From the NCBI GenBank assembly GCA_051362555.1, contig CM120641.1, forward strand, positions 4,278,001 to 4,342,000: a stretch of DNA of 64,000 nt. Direction: 5' to 3'. Under the pieces are notes generated by a model, which made no database searches, was not told where the DNA came from, and saw only the letters and a program-made list of their open reading frames with translations. Each line of letters opens with the position of its first letter. The first letter of the stretch is position 1. This document shows positions 1 to 11,905 of this stretch, in pieces. Origin of the DNA: Lingula anatina (taxonomy: Eukaryota > Animalia > Brachiopoda). Position numbers and translations under genes: made by a program.

Positions 1-228
1 CTTCACTGCTATAGTACACATGTATGGTACAATTATTCTGTGAGCAAGTCTTAAGATATTTAGACTCAAAAACGAAGAGTGTACGTAAAGATATAATTTA
101 AATACTGATATCTTTCATAACAACAGGTATTTCATTTTTTATTGAAAATTTGTAAAACATCATTGCTCTTATTCTTACTTATGTTTTATTGTAAACTTGA
201 GACTCCCACATATATTCATTTACTTCAG

Positions 229-1915
229 AATGGTGTTTCTAAAACTTGGGATGCAGTGAAGTCACACGACAGGTAAATGGAATTATTTATTTCCTTGTTA
301 CATGGATAAATTAAGCCCTGTTGTTTTTGATTATAGTTAAAAGAAATTGCCGTTAAGCAATATTATGATATATTCTTGCTTGGCAGTGAATCTCATATGA
401 CCCGAAAATTGTCTCTGCTTCTTTTCAGTGTCTGCATTTTGCTTTTCAATAAATCAACAGAATCATTTGTGTTTGTGAAGCAGTTCAGGCCAGGTTGGTA
501 TTTTTTGTTTGGTCAAGTTTATGTTACCATACATTGGTGGACTTGGTGGGGAGACCCCATGAAAAAGTGGGGGGGGGGGGGGGGGAGGATCAGTGGTCTA
601 TACTTAATCCGAAACATAATGGCTCTCCAAAACGGCAACAGTGGCATTTTCCCCCCAGCCCTTTATTAATATCGTGTAGTAAGTTTTACCCCTTGAAGTT
701 ACATTTTCATTTTTACTGACTTAAACCATATAAAATACTTTTAATTTCTAGTGTGGTTATAGTTTTATGGTTTTCAATTTATTTTTGATTTAAGATTTTT
801 TATTTTCATGTAAGCAATCTACATTCAAAAATCAGAGCTACAGAAACATGAGGACCATTGGAAAATAGACACAGGCAAATATCCTGGGGAGCTGGGTATT
901 ACATATGAACTATGTGCTGGAATAGTTGACAAGGATAAAAACCTGGATGTCATTGCACAAGAGGAAATATTGGAGGAATGTGGGTTCCAGGTTCCATTAG
1001 AGAAACTGCAAAGAATAACCTCATATAGGTGAGAGCACTCACAAAAATATATATTTTCATGTTATTATGCTTTTCAGTCATTTAAAAAATTTTCATAAGA
1101 ATATTAAAATAAGTATAACGGGTTTTTAGAGAAACTTGTCATTTAATCAGTTCATACTACTGATATTAATTGTGTCCACATTTCATGAGACATTGCCTTT
1201 GATAGATATTGCAAAAATATATATCTAGGACATTTGTAATGTTGTGTCAGATCAGGTGAAGGCACCATAGGAGCGCAATTGACTCTATACTATGCTGAAG
1301 TCTGTGAAGAGGTTCGGATAACTGAAGGAGGTGGCAACTTAGAGGAAGGAGAAATGATTGAATTAATAGAAGTACTACTGAAAGACATAAAACATTGGAT
1401 AATGAATGAGAGCATTTCAAAACCAGCAACTCTGATGTTTGCAGTGATGTGGTTTCTTGATAATAAAACGTGTGACACAAATTCTTCATCATGACAACTG
1501 TTTGATGCAAACTCTTCATCATGTCCACATATTATGACTCAAGCTCTGCATCTTGACAACTGTATGACATATTCTCCATCATGACAATTGCTTGAAACAA
1601 GTACCACAATCACAGGAATGTTTATCAAGTTTTTGTAAACAACATCCTGATATTCCTTCCTCTGTTCCTTGCAGGTCAGGGGTTGGGACCAATGGAGCAT
1701 TACAGACAATTTTCTATGCAGAGGTGACAGGTGAAATGCGTGTGACAGAGGGTGGAGGCAATCACCACGAAGGGGAATTAATCGATGTCGTGGAAGTACC
1801 AGTCAAGGAAAGCAGACGCCTCATTTTAGATGATGAAAATGTCACAAAGCCAGTTGGTCTCATGTTTGCTTTGTTGTGGTTTTATGAAAATAAGCATGGG
1901 GCTTGTTCCACATGA
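229..1915 (+). CDS. NUDT14: Uridine diphosphate glucose pyrophosphatase (Nudix hydrolase NUDT14-like), 5'-partial, spliced
   Basis: GT-AG exons 229-272, 429-493, 815-1028 and last exon 1675-1915 (alternative 1251-1494) splice in frame to [39 protein letters not shown]...ELCAGIVDKDKNLDVIAQEEILEECGF...RSGVGTNGALQTIFYAEV...GGGNHHEGELIDVVEVP. This carries the Nudix box and the HDSV/VKQFRPA/SGVG motifs typical of NUDT14. The start exon was not located and is probably upstream of the window. Confidence 0.92.
1251..1494 (+). CDS. NUDT14: Duplicated alternative terminal exon (4a) of the NUDT14-like gene
   Basis: The acceptor gtgtcag|A at 1250/1251 has the same phase as the 1675 exon. It is open to TGA at 1492-1494 and encodes SGEGTIGAQLTLYYAEV...GGGNLEEGEMIELIEV...KPATLMFAVMWF, colinear with exon 1675-1915. 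Confidence 0.8.
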
Positions 1916-1967
1916 CACAGTGCACAAGTAATTTAGTACTACCTCCTGAAACTTGATGAAAATGAGC

Positions 1968-1973
1968 AATAAA
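1968..1973 (+). promoter_or_regulatory. Candidate polyadenylation signal of the NUDT14-like gene
   Basis: AATAAA 53 nt downstream of the stop of the distal terminal exon. Confidence 0.45.
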
Positions 1974-2760
1974 ATATTTGTAGATCTAATATAATTTATT
2001 TAGCATCATACAGAGTACCAAAATGTTCTACTACATGTACTTTCCTTACAGAGTTCCACAATTCTGCCCTTATTTGTAAAATTGTCATTAATTGAAAAAT
2101 TGTTTTTCATCTTTTATGGCATCGTGAGTTGCTAAAAATCTGCTTTTCACTATGGAGAAAAGTCAGTGATGGTAATGATTTTTGAGGTACTCATATGTAA
2201 ACTTTTGTAGACAATCTAAAAATCCGGAAGCTAATTGTCACTGACACTTTTAATCATTCCACAGTTTCTATTTTCGTGTATGTTTATCGGTTGTTTTTAA
2301 TACGAAACTTGGCAATGAAAATAAGAAATGGCAATAAATGGCATTAAATCGGATATAACCTTTCGTCTTACGATGTATTTCTGTATATTAGTAAAAGAGA
2401 TAAGGTTCATACAGTAGTTATACAATTATAGTTGTGGGGATTGTAATCACCATTGTGAAAATAGTGCATGCCCCCCCCACCCCCACCCCCAAGGAACCGA
2501 GGTGTGTACATGTAGTCCCTAGGATCCACTGTCCTATCCAACTAGATTCCCAGCAGAAACTCAAATTCTACACAATGTTTGCGCAATAAAAGATTATTAT
2601 TTCAAAATGATAAATTTGTTGGGAGGAAAGGAGGATCTGAGGTGGCCGCGCATAGGCAGTTACTAGTAAATCTGAATCCCGTACGCACAAGTGCTAGAAG
2701 AGCCATGTCATACAATTGCGGGAACAGCTTATTAAACAGCTGAGCCCATGTGACCCTTAA

Positions 2761-3102
2761 AGGGATAATAACTCTTCGTTTTGGCCAAAAAAAATTAATT
2801 TTCCTGAAGTAAACAACAATTTTACCATACTTACCAATGGTTAAATGAATCCATTTTTACATTCAAAGTTAGTCCGTGGTTTTTTTCTAAAAAGTTTTTT
2901 TTTTTTTGTTATAATCTCTTAAGAGATTATAACAGAGTATAGCCATCAATGGAGGACGCGTGGTCTAAATACAAGCTCAGATATCAGACTAATAGCTATA
3001 ACTGCCGTTTTTGTGGTAAAACAGAATATATTATATTTCTACGAGTTGTTCACAATGTTTTTATTGTGAAATATAGATCTCATACGAAGAGTTATTATCC
3101 CT
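2761..3102. mobile_element. Non-autonomous TIR element (Kolobok-like MITE), copy 1
   Basis: TIRs AGGGATAATAACTCTTCGT...ACGAAGAGTTATTATCCCT, preceded by TTAA; the right flank TTAA is not preserved. Near-identical copies lie at 15508-18764 (split) and 47425-47762. Confidence 0.85.
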
Positions 3103-3364
3103 AGGTCATCTACGGTCCACTAATCTTTCGCGATAGCGCCAACGTGAACTCCTGAACCGAATACTGACCAGTGTCTAGTTGAGCTACGACCAGCGAGACG
3201 ATATCAGTCAAGAGAAAGAGAAGTTTGTCTGTAAGTACGAAAACGCCTCCCACCACCCAAACCCTTGACGCCAGAGCCGAGAATGGGCAAGTACCATTTA
3301 TAATACAAACAAACAATAATCTTCGATTAAATATTTTAATAGTATTAAATAATACTATTAAAAT

Positions 3365-3510
3365 GGGGATGTCTCGATAGTCCGGTTCATTGGTCCGATT
3401 CATTGATCTGAAAATTCGTAGAATTTTCATCAGTTTTTCAATTAAAGGGTCCATTGGTCCGAAGGCTCATTAATCCGAAAATTGAAGGTTCATTGGTCCG
3501 AAGGTTCATT
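3365..3510. mobile_element. Fragment of the GGTCCGAAGGTTCATT-repeat MITE family
   Basis: Begins GGGGATGTCTCGATAGTCCG and has repeated GGTTCATTGGTCCGAA motifs, as in the element at 19125-19298. A further opposite-end fragment lies at about 3955-4030. Confidence 0.6.
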
Positions 3511-5589
3511 AGCACGAAAATTCATGTGCTAGCACTCCTATTGACGGTTTTGATATGTACTGGCTCCGCATCCGCGGACCCCCCTCCAAATAATCCTGGA
3601 TTCGCCCCTGCCTTACGGGCATTGTGCGCTGAACCTGCAGTGATTGTGACGTTGTTGGTCTTTGTTTTCCCCATTTGGTGGTTTTAGGAGGAATAAAAAT
3701 AGGAAACACGTTAAAAAACATATCATCTACCCCCTGCCAAGGTTACAGATTTTTCACTAGATATTCATAGATGTGTATCTGGCTAATTCATGACAGAAAA
3801 GAGCACATAATTTATCAACGCTTTTGCTATTTATCTACGGCCATGGCCTACTCCCTGAATTTTCATCTATGTCTAATGTGGCTACTCACGCGTCTGTCAT
3901 GAACTTAATTTACTCTATTACTAGAACAGCATACACTTTATTTATACAGTGCAATCGGGCTATCGAACCCTCGGACTAATGAACCTTCGGACTTATGAAC
4001 TTTCGGACCAATGCACCTTCAATGAACCTTTGGGCCAGGTCAGATTTTCCAATGGCAATGTTTTAACCTGCACTACTGTACTATCCAAGTTTTACCGAAT
4101 ACTGCACTATTTCAACGCGCTGTTCCACGTAAATTTTTTTTGTGTCATATTTTGAAGCAAAATGTATTTCGTGAACATTTTTGAAATTATTTTGAGGAAC
4201 GATTTCAATCAACCCTGATTTAAATATTTTTCTGAAAAAAATAACTGATCTTTAGATGTAATGTGGACTTCAAATAGGTATAGGCCTATTATCTTCAACA
4301 CGTATAAATTTTCATAAGTATATATTTAAAAATGAACGCAGCTGCAGGTCATATAATTGACCCATGTGAATTTCATCAAATATATTTCTACTTTGCTTCC
4401 AATTTCATGTTAAAAAGTCTAAAGATGATGTTAACCATCTTTTAAATAATATATAATGTTTACTTATTAGTAGTGCGTAAAAAGAGTCCCTTGTTAGCCG
4501 CTTTCATGCATTGCAAAGTTTTCCAGTCAAACACCCTTGGTTCATTATAAAAACTGATGTCCATCATAAAGACTTACAAGAATAACTCTTAAATATATAT
4601 TTTTTGTTTAAAGACGTAAAATTCACAGTTCTGCTTTTCTCCGTAATTGTTTATCACTGAAAAAGAATAAACTTGCAAAAAAGTGGCAATGACTACATTA
4701 TTTTATAGGGAACAAGGGATAAAAAAAACATCGGTTTTACTGATTTCCCATCCATAAATTTGCTTTTCTGGTTTAATTTTAACGATGTGGATTTATTTTG
4801 TGTGAAACATTATTCTTCTGATTAGCTAGGTGCTAATAAAATATACGTGCTGGTAGACAGTAAATAAAAGTTTGACCCGAAAACTAAATTTCTACCTGTG
4901 CAGGGCAACCATGCAGTAATCACACCTCCCTAATTTCATTTCCACGACTAGGTTAAAATACTTGTGTGAGGGAAAAATTGTACTTCCAACGAGCACTTGA
5001 TCTAAATAAAACTTGCGTTTGGAAAAACAGGATATTATAGTGGCCGCACGGCCTGGTCGTTGCGAACCTGTACATTTCAGATGTAAAACGCCAAGCCAGG
5101 GTAAAGCAGCAATATTTAAAGTTTTTTAAATATAAAATATGCTATTTACTTTCTTCATTTTACAGGCGGTAAAATTGACGTCGAAAGACTAGTGCGCGGC
5201 CCCAGCTTTAAACATTCCCGAGTGCCCTAAGTGCAACTGATTCGATGATTATTGTCGCCATTAAGAGCGTCAGAAATAACCTTTCGTCGCTACCTGTACG
5301 TGAAAGATGGGAAACGACTCTTTTAATATCTGAAACGATCTTAGGGCGTGTTCCTATTGGAACTGTCGTGCTTGGTAGTTCGAACTAACTCTGCGTGGAC
5401 TCTTGCTTAGTGCAACCAAATAAACAGACGAAACGGGGCTCTTTCCAGTCTTGCTGCTACCAAGGCTCTCAAGCGAAGGGGGATCCCCTCTGACAGGTAT
5501 CATAGAGTTTGTTATGGAATAACATTCCAGGCATCGGTCAGAACTTGTCCCGAGTTGGTTTAGATTTGGCATACGATCGGTAGACCATT

Positions 5590-5850
5590 GGCTCGCTGAG
5601 TAATTTTAACCACAATCTCTCTACAGGGTTTATATCTGACGATCTTGATGGCCACGGCAGCTGCTCAGCTTCATGGCACTGCAAGTAATGTACAATTTTA
5701 AGTTCTCTTTGTGAACGGACATTGCTCTGCTAACAAATGGGAGGCAAGCGCTTTCCAGAATATTTCTTATTCAGTTTTTCAAAGATGACCACCGATGGCG
5801 CCAGAGTAAATTCTGCCACCAACGCATATGCTCCCACCGCCCCAGACACC
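5590..5850 (-). mobile_element. Degenerate Tc1-like (DD34E-type) transposase relic
   Basis: The minus strand gives WGGGSICVGG (cf. GGGSVMVWG) and, after frameshift and stop, QSNVRSQ...LPWPSRSSDINPVERLW (cf. QDNARPH...WPSRSPDLNPIEHLW). Confidence 0.7.
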
Positions 5851-5899
5851 CTAGGAGCGGTACCCGCAGTCGGGACAGTGGGTATTCTTGAGCGCATCA

Positions 5900-5980
5900 T
5901 TGGGGGATCTTTGGCATAGACACTGTTATTTAGGTATCCCCACAGAAAAAAATCCAAAGGGGATAGATCTGGAGAATACG
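5900..5980 (-). mobile_element. Tc1/mariner transposase C-terminal catalytic fragment (SPDLSPLDFFLWG type)
   Basis: The minus strand translates YSPDLSPLDFFLWGYLNNSVYAKDP, the third-acidic-residue motif of DDxD mariner-like transposases. There is no upstream ORF. Confidence 0.75.
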
Positions 5981-7374
5981 CAGACTGTACTTGTAACCAA
6001 AAATTTAAAATCTTCTGTTGACATGTTGCTAAAACATTATTGTTTTTCTATACATATATAAATGAAACTGCGTATATTTTTGTTAGCAGTTTTTTCCGGA
6101 TTTAGCAGTCAGGCAAAAATGGAACGACTTCATTCTGACAGTATTTTATTGTGCAAGTGTCGGTTTGACAATTTTTATTTGAAAGGATTCAAAATTGTAA
6201 ATTAAAAATGATTTATTTTATCTAGGTCAAGGTCACAAAATCCTATTTTTTTATTGCACATATCTTCCTTATCACAATCTGCCTCTCTGGACCTTTCTAA
6301 TTATAAAATTTTATTTTTTTTTATTTAGGCTAGCCTTCGGAGACAATACTCCTTCTGCTATAAACTTCAACCACCACATGTTATATATATAGTACTGCAT
6401 ACCAGTATATGCACTGTACGTGTAGACATTTTCGCCATAACATGGTGGTGCTTAACCTTCGGTAAATTAGTCTGTAATTTAACTGGCTGTGTTTATAGCT
6501 ACAAGCTATACTTCTTTTTAAAGGGGATTTCAAAAGCTCCAGGTAAGTGTACGGCGTGACTGCAAATGTCAATTAACCATAAACAGGGTAGCCCCAAAAA
6601 ATGGAACCATTTTTGATAAAGTAGTGTGATAGTGAGGAAACACGACGGTCTGGAGCTTTCGAGCGTTTATTCACCGACTGCCCTTTTCATAGAATTTCAC
6701 AAGTATTTATACTCTATTTCTCCGTACTGATCATGCATTTACTTGTTTTCTTTCCATTGTCTTTGCGTGATTACAAGGAATTTTCCATTTTCATGTTGCA
6801 AACCACCATGTTACATTTCCTCATTAGGCAATTTCTAAGGGGTTTGTTTTCGATTTCAAATATTTAAAATATTATTTAAATTACTCAAGCTTGGACCATA
6901 TCCATCCTTAGTTTGCACGCTTTTTGCACGTGTCAGAAACTTGCAAATCTATTGAGAAATTAACCAATCAAATCGAAATATATGCGACTGTGACATGTTC
7001 CATCTTTTCCCACCACGAAAACATTTTCTACACTTGTTGACTCTAAAAGAAATTTAACTTACACTCAATAACTCCCCGTCCTTCTACTCGTTTGATTCCG
7101 TTTTAATTATTATCTGCAATTTGTGAAAGTGAAAGTCATTTGCATTACAACAGTAACTTTTTCTATTGAAAAGAAACTTTTACAAATTTTTTACATAATT
7201 TCGAGAGTTTAGTTGCTGTGGACAGATTAATGTGATGGCAATAAATTATGCACTACAATGCATTTACATTAAAAAGAAACTTAAGGTCACGCAAAGCTCC
7301 TAAATTAGGCTTTTTTATTTTAATACCAGGTCAGATTCCGCCAATACCCCAAAGGTACGAGACGATCTCCAAGG

Positions 7375-10300
7375 ATGACGGTTCTCAACAAGATTTCGCT
7401 GTTGGTCAGCCTTCACCTTCGTCTGTTTCTTGATTGGATTTGCCAGGTTTTCGCAGCTAGATACTTATGTCCACTTACGGAGGAAAATTTATTAAGCAAT
7501 TTTTCTAAAGAGGAGCGTCGTCTTCTGTTGTCAGAAGCCCTTACCCGCCGATGGTGGTATGACGGATGCACAATATTATTAAAATGTTTTCGAGAAGATA
7601 CATCATGTACCTTATCTGGTAGAAGGGCCATTGAAAACAGGATGATAGAGGTTCTTCGGAATCGTTTAGCAATAACAAGGTGTTTGACCTCTGTTGACTT
7701 GTCCAAGGTACGTGGACATAGAAGTTATATTGATCGTTTACCTTTAAACAAACTGTGACCGTACACGTTTTTATAGTAATTGTAAATTGTTGAGACAACC
7801 ATATTTCATATACTCTCTGTATGTTCAGAAGAATACTTTTGGGTTATTGTATTTGTTTATGGTATCACATCTGAAAGAAATGTCTGGCAATGGGTATTAG
7901 CGACTATATATTTTAATATATTTATATATTTTAATATGTTTATTAAAATAAACAATGTGCTTATACACTACACTCTGGTTGAAATTATAGAATGTTCTAA
8001 AATAATCTCAATTAGGTAATTTTATTAAGGTAAAATCAACCCATCAGAGATTTTTATTCACTTCAGCGCTGTTTTAATTGTATTTTATTTTATTATATAT
8101 GACCATAGAAGTACTTCTATGATATGACTTAGGTCCCAAACTCCCAATTTCTGCTCCTTTGCCATTAAACTGGTTGTGGGTGTGACACAGTTGTTGCCGT
8201 ATGCAGGGGTTACATTCGAAACTTCTGAAACCAAAGAAATATCATGTTAAAAAATATAAACTTCTTTGAAATAGGTCTTTGTAATATGTAATAATGATTG
8301 GCCGCCATCTGAGATTTGTCGCCATATTGGAAATTTTTGAGGATCCTTAAATTCTAAAACTAAGCATACATGTATGAAATTATTTTGAAGTCTGTTTAGT
8401 TCATATATTTAAAATAAGCTAAGATCTCAGTAAGGTCAATTTTTAACACTTTACTGCCATGGCCACGGCTCTACACTCACACCCAGTACCTTTTCCTTGG
8501 CAAACGAGCAAAAAATGAAGGCAAATAGCTATCCAAAACGTAGTGAATGAAGATCTCCAAGGTCTATAACGTATGGTAATGTGTTAAATATTTAAAAGCA
8601 CCTCCGACATGCTACTTGAGACAGAGTTATCCATAATTATCTCAACAGACACTAATATGTACTTTATATAATTTCAGTGTCCAGTGACCAAACCAATATT
8701 TATAATTGGATCAACACGAACCTGTTCCACTTTTTTGCAAGCCCTATTGTGCCAAGACCCTCAAAACACCTCTCCATGTTACTATGAGTTGATGAGCCCT
8801 GTGCCTGACGGCAACGCCAGTAGGGTAGGAGCCAAGGATGCACGAGTTCGAACCTTTAAATGCCAACTAGGTATGGCAATTCTTTGATTCTTCTCTGCTG
8901 CTACTTCGGTAAAAAAGCAATTTTATCCTCTCACGCATCATGTCTCGACCTGTCCCTGGGTTCGATTTCATTCCATTTTTTATGTAATGAACTCAAAGTA
9001 GCCATGACCCAGAAGAAACATGTGATATCGCAAAAAAGAGTGTGTCAGGGTGATTGGCAACTCCGCCCGTCGAATTCAAACGTGTCGTCATCGTGAGCTT
9101 CCAGGACATGTAATCTTGTCTCAGTTTCTTGTCTCACTAATAAATCATCATGTTAATGGATTCATGCATATCGCGCCTCTCCGCATACCTTAACATTTTG
9201 AAGAATTTGTGCCAATAGTTTTAATGATAACCCAGGCTTCGTATAGAAATATATTTATATTTGTAAATGTACGTATGTATTGAATAATATAACTTGGCTA
9301 AACTGCACGGCGCCTAATGATCTTTAATTAAGTAAGAGCACTATTTTCTATCTTATCCTTTCAGATTCTCTATACGACAGACTTCCCAACACGAAAGCAG
9401 TACACTATATTGCAGCTGAAGAACCATATGAATGTTTTTCTTTGTTTAACAACATGGGTATTTTCAAGTCATACGGTAGTTACACAAGAAACAATGGTAC
9501 TTATTTGGAATGGGTCATGAAAAGAACCAAAGACGAAATGGCTGAAGCGTATCGCTTGCATAAGAAACAACTTCAGCTGATCCTTCTCAGCAGGAATGAA
9601 TGCAAGTCTTTGTGATGTTTTAAGGAATACGATACGCGTAACCCTTTATTTATGACTATTCCTAAAGAATCCAGTATTTTTTTACCAACAAAGTGTACCC
9701 TATCCAGTCAATATACAGAGGTTCTCTGCTACGCTTCTGGCGCAGTTTTTGTATATATGTGCAGCCCCTGTCACACTTTTCCGAATATTTACAATACATA
9801 TCAGTTGCTTATGATTTTAATTTTTCGTTAAGTAACTGTAAACTCAAAATTTCTAAAGTTTCGATTACTTTGATAATATATTGGTTTGATCATTTGGGGA
9901 AATGTGTTGAAATCTACAGAAAAAAATAGAGTAGTAAAGATCCTCTACAATAAAAGGCTTAGGTAGGGTATGGCTAAGAAGCCTTTTAGAAAATCTCTAG
10001 AGGAACAGGTGTTTGCGTAGGCCAAATGGACCATAAAATCCATTGCTGGTGAGAAATTTAAGCTTTGCGTCAATTAATCCGCCATTTTTGGAAAGGCAGA
10101 CAAAACACATATATTACTCTTAAACAAACTTAAAGGGGTTGGGTTCACCTCAAACGTTTTCATTAACAGGAGTTTTCCGAGGTAGAATTTGGTGCTGAAT
10201 ATAAATCTGATAATTACTTTTCTACACGACAATTTTCAAGGTTGGTAAAAATAGCGATATTCAAAACAGCCTTCCAAAATGGTAATTATCGGCAGTTTAA

Positions 10301-11905
10301 GGTACCATAATGTGTATAATGTTTTTCTTATGTTTTGGGGTTGTACATTTGGAGTCTATTTCTACAGCCAGTATATAGAAGGAAGTAACCTGAATAACTC
10401 TTTTCTCTTTATTTACCGACCTTTTAAGGTTTATATTAAAATATAATTGTCGTGGAAAGAAATGGTTGTCAAATTCATTTTCAGCATCATATTCTGTCTT
10501 GTTACTGAAAATATTGAATATTGCCCTACCCTCTTTTTAGGCTTTGTGCGTATGTACTATTTGACATTAAAGATTTTAAAACCTGCTGTTTGATTGAAGG
10601 AATGCCGGTAACTTTTGATAGGAAAAGCTAAAGCGCGCGATAACTGCTCAAAAATATGGATTTGTTTGTCTCTTTTAAACTCCCCTGCTAAATTGTAACT
10701 TTTGTTTGATTTATTGGAAATAGATTTTTACTGTATTTTCAGATTCAACACCTAACAACCGACGTTTGATACTGAAAGAATCCCTTCACAGCGCGTATCT
10801 AGAGGCTTTAATGGACGCTTATCCGGATGCTCTATTTATTCACACGTACCGGGATCCGGTAGAAGTAGCGGCGTCCACTTGTTCTAACCTTGAACATTTT
10901 AGAAAGTGTAGCGGGTTTGATTTAAAGGCAATCGACAGGGAAGCATTGGGGAAGGTGATTTTAATTCTATTTATTATTAATATTTTTTATTGTTTTAACT
11001 GCAGTGAATTGCTGATGCAGGCGGGGGTTGTGGGGATAATCACGCCTGACCAACTCAATAACATCTATTTTCTGTCGAGGTAAATCCCGTGAATATTTAA
11101 ATCCTGTAAACGTGGTGGAAAAGTCTAGTCACATTTGCTATCTAAATATCCTGCATAGCTACCACTTCTGTACTTATCTTTCCCAATTAAGACGTTTTAA
11201 ACGATACAGTCCGAGAAATAAAAGAACCTTATATTTTCTTCTGAGATGACGGAAAGTCTTTGGCGGTCTAATATATGAATCGTGATGCTTTTAGAACTAA
11301 GTAGAAATAATTAAAAATGGCATAAAACATCAAATCCAAGTGTAGGGTCTAACCACCCAGCAATAATTATTGAGTGGGAGAAATTTGCTTTTTTTTTTAG
11401 AAACAATAGATTTTGGCACGAAAATCCCGCAATAGGATACCTTTAAGCTACAGTTTAAAGTTTAATTAAAATAATGGTCGTCCAATTCATTTCTAATCTG
11501 CTGTTATTCTTCCTGTCAGTTGGATTTCATATTTTTCTTAGAATTCTTTCAAAGTTTAAAAAATAATTCAAATATTTCCAGGTATTTCTTAAAGTTCCAT
11601 GGAGACACGGTGGGAGAGAAATGTTAAAATTCAGACAAGAGCACCGAGATGAAGGGCACAGGTTTATTGACATCGATTACAAGGAACTGGTAGCGTCACC
11701 AATGACTGTTGTTAAGCGGATATACGAGAAATTTGGACTAAGTTTAACCAATCACGGGAGAGAAAGGATGGAGAGATATGTTCTGGAAAACCCGCAAAAC
11801 AAATATGGCCGCCATAGATATGACCTGAAGAATTATGGTCTTACTGAGGATGAAATACGCGAACACTTTAAAGAATATATAGCATATTTTGATATATATT
11901 GTTAA
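7375..11905 (+). CDS. Sulfotransferase family protein (Sulfotransfer_3 / bacterial Stf-like, P-loop fold), 5 exons
   Basis: Exons 7375-7707, 8678-8870, 9365-9601 (GC donor), 10743-10954 and 11582-11905 join in frame. Motifs: LRNRL, KPIFIIGSTRTCST (5'-PSB loop), EEPYEC, AYRLHKKQLQL, LILKESLH, YPDALFIHTYRDPVEVAAS (3'-PB), FIDIDYKELVASPM, KYGRHRYDLKNYGL. Confidence 0.88.
10134..10537. mobile_element. Old TIR element (possibly Kolobok-like) in sulfotransferase intron 3
   Basis: Starts TTAA-AGGGG. TGCTGAATATAAATCTGATAATTACTTTTCTACACGACAAT (~10193-10233) is an imperfect inverted repeat of ATTGTCGTGGAAAGAAATGGTTGTCAAATTCATTTTCAGCA (~10446-10486). Confidence 0.5.

Noticed and set aside
3110-3721. 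ORFs 3110-3454, 3454-3687 and 3509-3721
   Set aside because: They overlap MITE fragments and GC-rich repeat ends, with no domain similarity recognised.
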